DNA from: an uncultured Candidatus Pelagibacter sp.
GTDB taxonomy: Bacteria; Pseudomonadota; Alphaproteobacteria; Pelagibacterales; Pelagibacteraceae
Assembly (NCBI GenBank): GCA_905612375.1
Contig: CAJQRS010000002.1
Location: forward strand, 1-62,800
Reading direction: 5' to 3'
Length of the DNA stretch: 62,800 nucleotides
Shown here: in pieces, positions 58,450 to 62,800 of the stretch
Layout of the letters: the number at the start of each line of letters is the position of its first letter
How positions within the stretch are numbered: position 1 is the first letter of the stretch
Translations under genes and position numbers: made by a program
Notes under the pieces: model-generated
Database searches by the model: none
Seen by the model: only the letters and a program-made list of their open reading frames with translations
What the model was told of the DNA's origin: nothing

Positions 58450-59637
58450 ATGAGCAAAAAACCAAATGATGTAGTTATAACGGCAGCATTAAGAACGCCT
58501 ATAGGCATATATAAGGGATCTTTAAAAGGTCTTAGTGCTGATAAACTGGGTGCACTAGCTATTAAAGAATCTGTCTATAAATCAAAATTAAAATCTGATG
58601 ATATTGATGAGGTGATTATGGGACATGTTCTCACTTCAGGATTAGGACAAAACCCAGCAAGACAAGCTTCTATTCATGCTGGAATTCCAGTTTCAAAACC
58701 TGCTCATATAATTAATCAAGTATGTGGGTCTGGATTAAGATCTGTAATTTCAGGCTATCAATCTATTAAATTAAGAGAAAGTAAAATTATAGTTGCTGGT
58801 GGACAAGAAAATATGTCTAGAGCACCACATACAATTTTTTATCGAGAAAATAAAAAATTATCTGAAAATAAATTAGTTGATACGATGGTCAATGATGGAC
58901 TAACAGACTCATTTAATAACTATCACATGGGTGTTACTGCAGAAAATGTAGCAGATAAATACCAAATCTCTAGAGACGAACAAGATATGTTTGCATTAAA
59001 TTCTCAAGAAAAAACTCAAAAAGCCATAAATGAAGGTAAGTTTAAAAATGAGTTAATCAAATTAAGTATTAATAAAGATGACAAAAATTTTATTTTTGAG
59101 AAAGATGAACATCCAAGAGGTAATGTAAACTTAGAAGATTTAAAAAAATTAAAGACTATTTTTAAAGAAAATGGAACAGTTACTGCAGGTAACTCATCAG
59201 GAATAAATGATGGAGCAGCAGCAACCGTATTGATGTCTAGAGAAGAGGCTGAGCTAAGAGAAATAGAGCCATTAGCTAAAGTGGTATCCTGGGCGTCCTG
59301 TGGTGTTGAGCCATCATTGATGGGGCTTGGTCCAATACCAGCTGTGAATATGGCTTTAAAAAAAGCAGGATGGAAGATTGAAGATGTTGATCTGTTTGAA
59401 ATAAATGAAGCATTTGCAGCGCAAAGTATTGCTGTAATTAGAGACCTTAAAATCCCTAAAGAAATTGTAAATGTGAACGGTGGTGCAATTGCATTAGGAC
59501 ATCCGATTGGAGCCTCAGGAACTAGAATTTTAGTAACCCTTATTCACGAAATGGTAAGACAAGGTAAAAGCAAAGGTTGTGCTACACTTTGTATAGGTGG
59601 TGGAATGGGAATAGCCATGTGTATTGAAAGAAATTAA
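58450..59637 (+). CDS. Acetyl-CoA C-acetyltransferase (thiolase)
   Basis: GQNPARQA, VCGSG, NEAFAAQ, GGAIALGHPIGASG and LCIGGGMG motifs. Confidence 0.95.
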   Translation: MSKKPNDVVITAALRTPIGIYKGSLKGLSADKLGALAIKESVYKSKLKSDDIDEVIMGHVLTSGLGQNPARQASIHAGIPVSKPAHIINQVCGSGLRSVISGYQSIKLRESKIIVAGGQENMSRAPHTIFYRENKKLSENKLVDTMVNDGLTDSFNNYHMGVTAENVADKYQISRDEQDMFALNSQEKTQKAINEGKFKNELIKLSINKDDKNFIFEKDEHPRGNVNLEDLKKLKTIFKENGTVTAGNSSGINDGAAATVLMSREEAELREIEPLAKVVSWASCGVEPSLMGLGPIPAVNMALKKAGWKIEDVDLFEINEAFAAQSIAVIRDLKIPKEIVNVNGGAIALGHPIGASGTRILVTLIHEMVRQGKSKGCATLCIGGGMGIAMCIERN

Positions 59638-59766
59638 AAGTTTATCTTTTAGTTATTTTTAAAGTTTTTTGTTCAATAAAAATACAGGTGGGCATAAAAA
59701 AGCCTAATAGTGTGCTAAAATAATAAGAGATATACTTTTTTTTAGGTATATAAATCGATTTAAATA

Positions 59767-62700
59767 ATGAGCGAAAAATTACTTGTTCCAGATATTGGTG
59801 AATTTGAAAAAGTTGAAGTTATCGAACTTTTAGTAAAGTCTGGAGATCAAATAAATTCAAACGACCCTGTTGTTACTATTGAAAGTGACAAATCTAGTGT
59901 CGAAATTCCATCAACAATTTCGGGAAAGATAGAATCTGTAAATGTTAAAGTGGGTGATAAGGTTTCCAAGGGTGATTTATTATTAAGTATTGAGTCTTCA
60001 AAAGAGAGCTCTCCAGAAAAACCAATTCCCAAAGATACAGAAAGCATCATTAAACAAGCAGAATCAGTTTTAGAGAATGAAAAAAAAGAAGAAACTATTC
60101 AGCAAAATCCAGTTGAAGAAAAAAAACAAACAATAATTCAGGTTACAAATAATAATGATATTGATCCTTTAGAAACTCAAGATTGGTTAGAATCTTTGTC
60201 TGCAGTTGTAGCAAAAGATGGTAATCAAAGAGCTCATTTTTTGATAAAAGAATTAATTAATAAAGCTTATCGAGAAGGGGCAAATATCCCTTACACACAG
60301 CATACTCCTTATATCAATACAATCCCACCAGAAGTAGAAGTTAAGTCAAACGGTGATCAAAATATTGAAAGAAGAATTAGATCTTTAATTAGATGGAATG
60401 CAGCAGCCATGGTTGTTAGAGCAAATAAAAAATTTCCAGAACTGGGTGGTCACATAGGTACATTTGCATCAGCAGCAACACTCTATGATGTGGGTATGAA
60501 TCATTTTTGGAGAGCTAAAAATAATAACTTTGGTGGGGATCTAGTTTATTTTCAAGGTCATAGTGCACCAGGCGTATATGCTAGAGCATTTCTAGAAGGT
60601 AGATTAAATGAAAAACAATTAGATAGTTTTAGACAAGAAGTAAAACCAGGTGGACTTTCTTCATACCCACACCCTTGGTTGATGCCAAAGTTTTGGCAGT
60701 TTCCAACTGTATCAATGGGTTTAGGACCTATGCTTGCAATTTATCAAGCAAGGTACATGAAGTATTTAATTAATAGAGGGCTAATTAAAGATGAAGGCAG
60801 AAAAGTCTGGGCATTTCTTGGTGATGGAGAGATGGATGAACCCGAGTCTTTAGGCGCAATAGGATTGGCTGCTAGAGAAAAGTTAGATAACTTAATATTT
60901 GTCGTAAACTGTAACCTTCAAAGGTTAGATGGACCTGTAAGAGGTAATGGAAAAATTATTCAAGAACTAGAAGGAAGCTTTAGAGGAGCTGGTTGGAATG
61001 TAATTAAAGTAATTTGGGGGTCTTATTGGGACTCTTTGATTGCTAATGACAAAACAGGTCATTTGGTTAAAGCTATGAATGAAACTGTAGATGGTGAATA
61101 CCAAGCAATGAAAGCTAGAGATGGAGCTTATGTTAGAGAACGATTTTTTGGAAAATATCCAGAGACACAAGAATTAGTTTCCAGCCTATCAGATAAAGAT
61201 ATTTGGAGATTAAATAGAGGTGGTCACGATCCTCATAAAGTTTATGCAGCATACGACCAGGCATCAAAAAACCAAGGAAGCCCAACAGTTATAATAGCAA
61301 AAACTATTAAAGGGTATGGAATGGGTAAGACAGGAGAAAGTGTTAATACTACCCACCAGACTAAAAAGTTAGATGTTGATGACTTGCTGTACTACAGAGA
61401 TCGTTTCGATGTCCCATTAACAGATGAACAAGTAAAAAACGTCGAGTATTTTAAGCCTGATGAAAAATCATTAGAGATTAAATATATTAAAGAAAAGAGA
61501 ATGAGACTTGGTGGTTTCTTACCCGAAAGAACAACATATTCAAAACCTATTAAAGCACCGGCAAAAGATATTTTTGATTTCATGAAAGTATCAACGGGTG
61601 AAAAAGAAATGTCCACAACCATGGCATTGGTTAGAATGTTTACAAATTTATTAAGAGACAAAAATGTTGCACCCAGATTAGTTCCAATTATTCCTGATGA
61701 AGCAAGAACTTTTGGTATGGAAGGATTTTTTCAAAAAATAGGAATATATGCACACGAAGGTCAAAAGTATGAACCAGAAGATTCTGCTCAGTTAAGTTCT
61801 TACAGAGAAGAGAAAACTGGACAGGTTCTAGAAGAAGGAATTAATGAAGCTGGAGCAATGTCATCATGGATTGCTGCTGCGACCTCCTACACTAATCATG
61901 ATATTGAAATGATACCTATTTATATTTTTTATTCTATGTTTGGTTTTCAAAGGATAGGTGACCTTGCATGGGCAGGTGGAGATAGTCAAGCTAGAGGTTT
62001 TTTAATTGGAGCAACCGCAGGAAGAACTACTTTAGCAGGAGAAGGATTACAGCACCAAGATGGTCATAGTCATTTAATTGCATCGACAATTCCAAATTGT
62101 ATTTCATATGATCCAACATTTCATTATGAGCTTGCTGTGATTTTTAGAGAAGGCTTGAGAAGAATGCATGAAAAAAATGAGAACGTTTTTTATTATATTA
62201 CTACAATGAATGAAAATTATACACATCCAAGTATGCCAAAAGATAAAAATTGTGAAGAAGGAATTCTTAAAGGAATGTATAAAATTAAAGAATTTAGTAA
62301 ATATAAAAAAACTAAAATTCAACTTTTAGGCTCGGGTACAATATTGAGAGAGATGATGGCTGCTGCTGAAATTCTTCAAAATGAATACCAAATTGATAGT
62401 GAAATTTGGAGTGTTACTAGTTTTAATGAACTGAGAAAAGATGGTATGGAGGTTGAAAGATATAATCTTTTAAATCCAGATAAAGACCAAAAAGTCTCAT
62501 ATGTAGAACAATGTTTAGGAAAAACAGAGGGACCAATTTTGGCTGCTTCAGATTATATGAGAATGAATTCTGACCAAATTAGACCTTATACTGATAAAAG
62601 TTTTTATTCTTTAGGGACAGATGGCTATGGAAGAAGTGATACTAGAAAAAACCTTAGAAGATTTTTTGAAGTTGATAAAGAGCATATTGTTGCATATGGA

Positions 62701-62800
62701 TTAAGTGTACTAGCAAAAGAACAGCTAATAGCATCAAAATATGCAAAAGAAGCCATAAAGAAGTATAATATTGATGGCAACAAACCAATGCCCACGAAAC
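59767..62800 (+). CDS. aceE: Pyruvate dehydrogenase E1, homodimeric AceE type, with N-terminal lipoyl domain; stop codon lies beyond the window
   Basis: Not in ORF track. Manual translation gives MSEKLLVPDIGEFEKVEVIELLVKSGD...IESDKSSVEIPS, a linker, then DIDPLETQDWLESL, LGGHI, YPHPWLMP, GDGEMDEPES and GEGLQHQDGHS in one frame. Confidence 0.95.
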   Translation, partial: MSEKLLVPDIGEFEKVEVIELLVKSGDQINSNDPVVTIESDKSSVEIPSTISGKIESVNVKVGDKVSKGDLLLSIESSKESSPEKPIPKDTESIIKQAESVLENEKKEETIQQNPVEEKKQTIIQVTNNNDIDPLETQDWLESLSAVVAKDGNQRAHFLIKELINKAYREGANIPYTQHTPYINTIPPEVEVKSNGDQNIERRIRSLIRWNAAAMVVRANKKFPELGGHIGTFASAATLYDVGMNHFWRAKNNNFGGDLVYFQGHSAPGVYARAFLEGRLNEKQLDSFRQEVKPGGLSSYPHPWLMPKFWQFPTVSMGLGPMLAIYQARYMKYLINRGLIKDEGRKVWAFLGDGEMDEPESLGAIGLAAREKLDNLIFVVNCNLQRLDGPVRGNGKIIQELEGSFRGAGWNVIKVIWGSYWDSLIANDKTGHLVKAMNETVDGEYQAMKARDGAYVRERFFGKYPETQELVSSLSDKDIWRLNRGGHDPHKVYAAYDQASKNQGSPTVIIAKTIKGYGMGKTGESVNTTHQTKKLDVDDLLYYRDRFDVPLTDEQVKNVEYFKPDEKSLEIKYIKEKRMRLGGFLPERTTYSKPIKAPAKDIFDFMKVSTGEKEMSTTMALVRMFTNLLRDKNVAPRLVPIIPDEARTFGMEGFFQKIGIYAHEGQKYEPEDSAQLSSYREEKTGQVLEEGINEAGAMSSWIAAATSYTNHDIEMIPIYIFYSMFGFQRIGDLAWAGGDSQARGFLIGATAGRTTLAGEGLQHQDGHSHLIASTIPNCISYDPTFHYELAVIFREGLRRMHEKNENVFYYITTMNENYTHPSMPKDKNCEEGILKGMYKIKEFSKYKKTKIQLLGSGTILREMMAAAEILQNEYQIDSEIWSVTSFNELRKDGMEVERYNLLNPDKDQKVSYVEQCLGKTEGPILAASDYMRMNSDQIRPYTDKSFYSLGTDGYGRSDTRKNLRRFFEVDKEHIVAYGLSVLAKEQLIASKYAKEAIKKYNIDGNKPMPTK

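Noticed and set aside
59751-59762. TAAATCGATTTA palindrome before aceE as an operator
   Set aside because: Short, AT-rich and not matched to any regulator motif I can name; plausible by chance.
1-62800. CRISPR arrays, IS elements, prophage genes, riboswitches, rRNA
   Set aside because: No spaced direct repeats, transposase/integrase/phage ORFs, or recognisable riboswitch or rRNA sequence seen. An Rfam scan of the few longer spacers would be needed to exclude small RNAs.

Overview
AT-rich, very gene-dense core-genome segment of a streamlined marine alphaproteobacterium. Gene content, gene order and tiny intergenic spacers point to Pelagibacterales/SAR11 (inference, no search run). It carries about 60 genes, mostly housekeeping: rsmI, maeB, murJ, trpS, fur, miaB-phoH-ybeY-lnt-metK, nusA-infB-rbfA-rpsO-pnp, fabA-fabB-fabI, irr, ubiE/ubiB/coq7, coaBC, dut, mutM, rpsT, dnaA-dnaN, argH-lysA, carD-fdxA, a TAXI-TRAP transporter, a thiolase and aceE. 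It also has two tRNAs (Leu-CAA, Arg-ACG). I found no mobile elements, CRISPR arrays or defence islands. Five CDSs are missing from the supplied ORF track: a partial LpoA/LppC-like gene at the left edge, a 38-aa LptM-like lipoprotein, a 29-aa Lys/Ala polycationic peptide, a possible 32-aa membrane peptide, and the partial lipoyl-fused aceE at the right edge. The most interesting signals are: (1) the 29-aa peptide MATKKKAKKAKKKTKKKAKKAKKAKKRKR, which has its own promoter, leader hairpin, SD and terminator and converges on a CarD with a long Lys-rich extension (possible nucleoid-compaction module); (2) an Irr-boxed rubrerythrin/Fe-S oxidoreductase/DUF3501 operon; (3) a lipoyl-domain fusion to a homodimeric-type AceE; (4) a tRNA-Arg with a non-canonical A53-U61 pair; (5) several apparent gene-loss scars.
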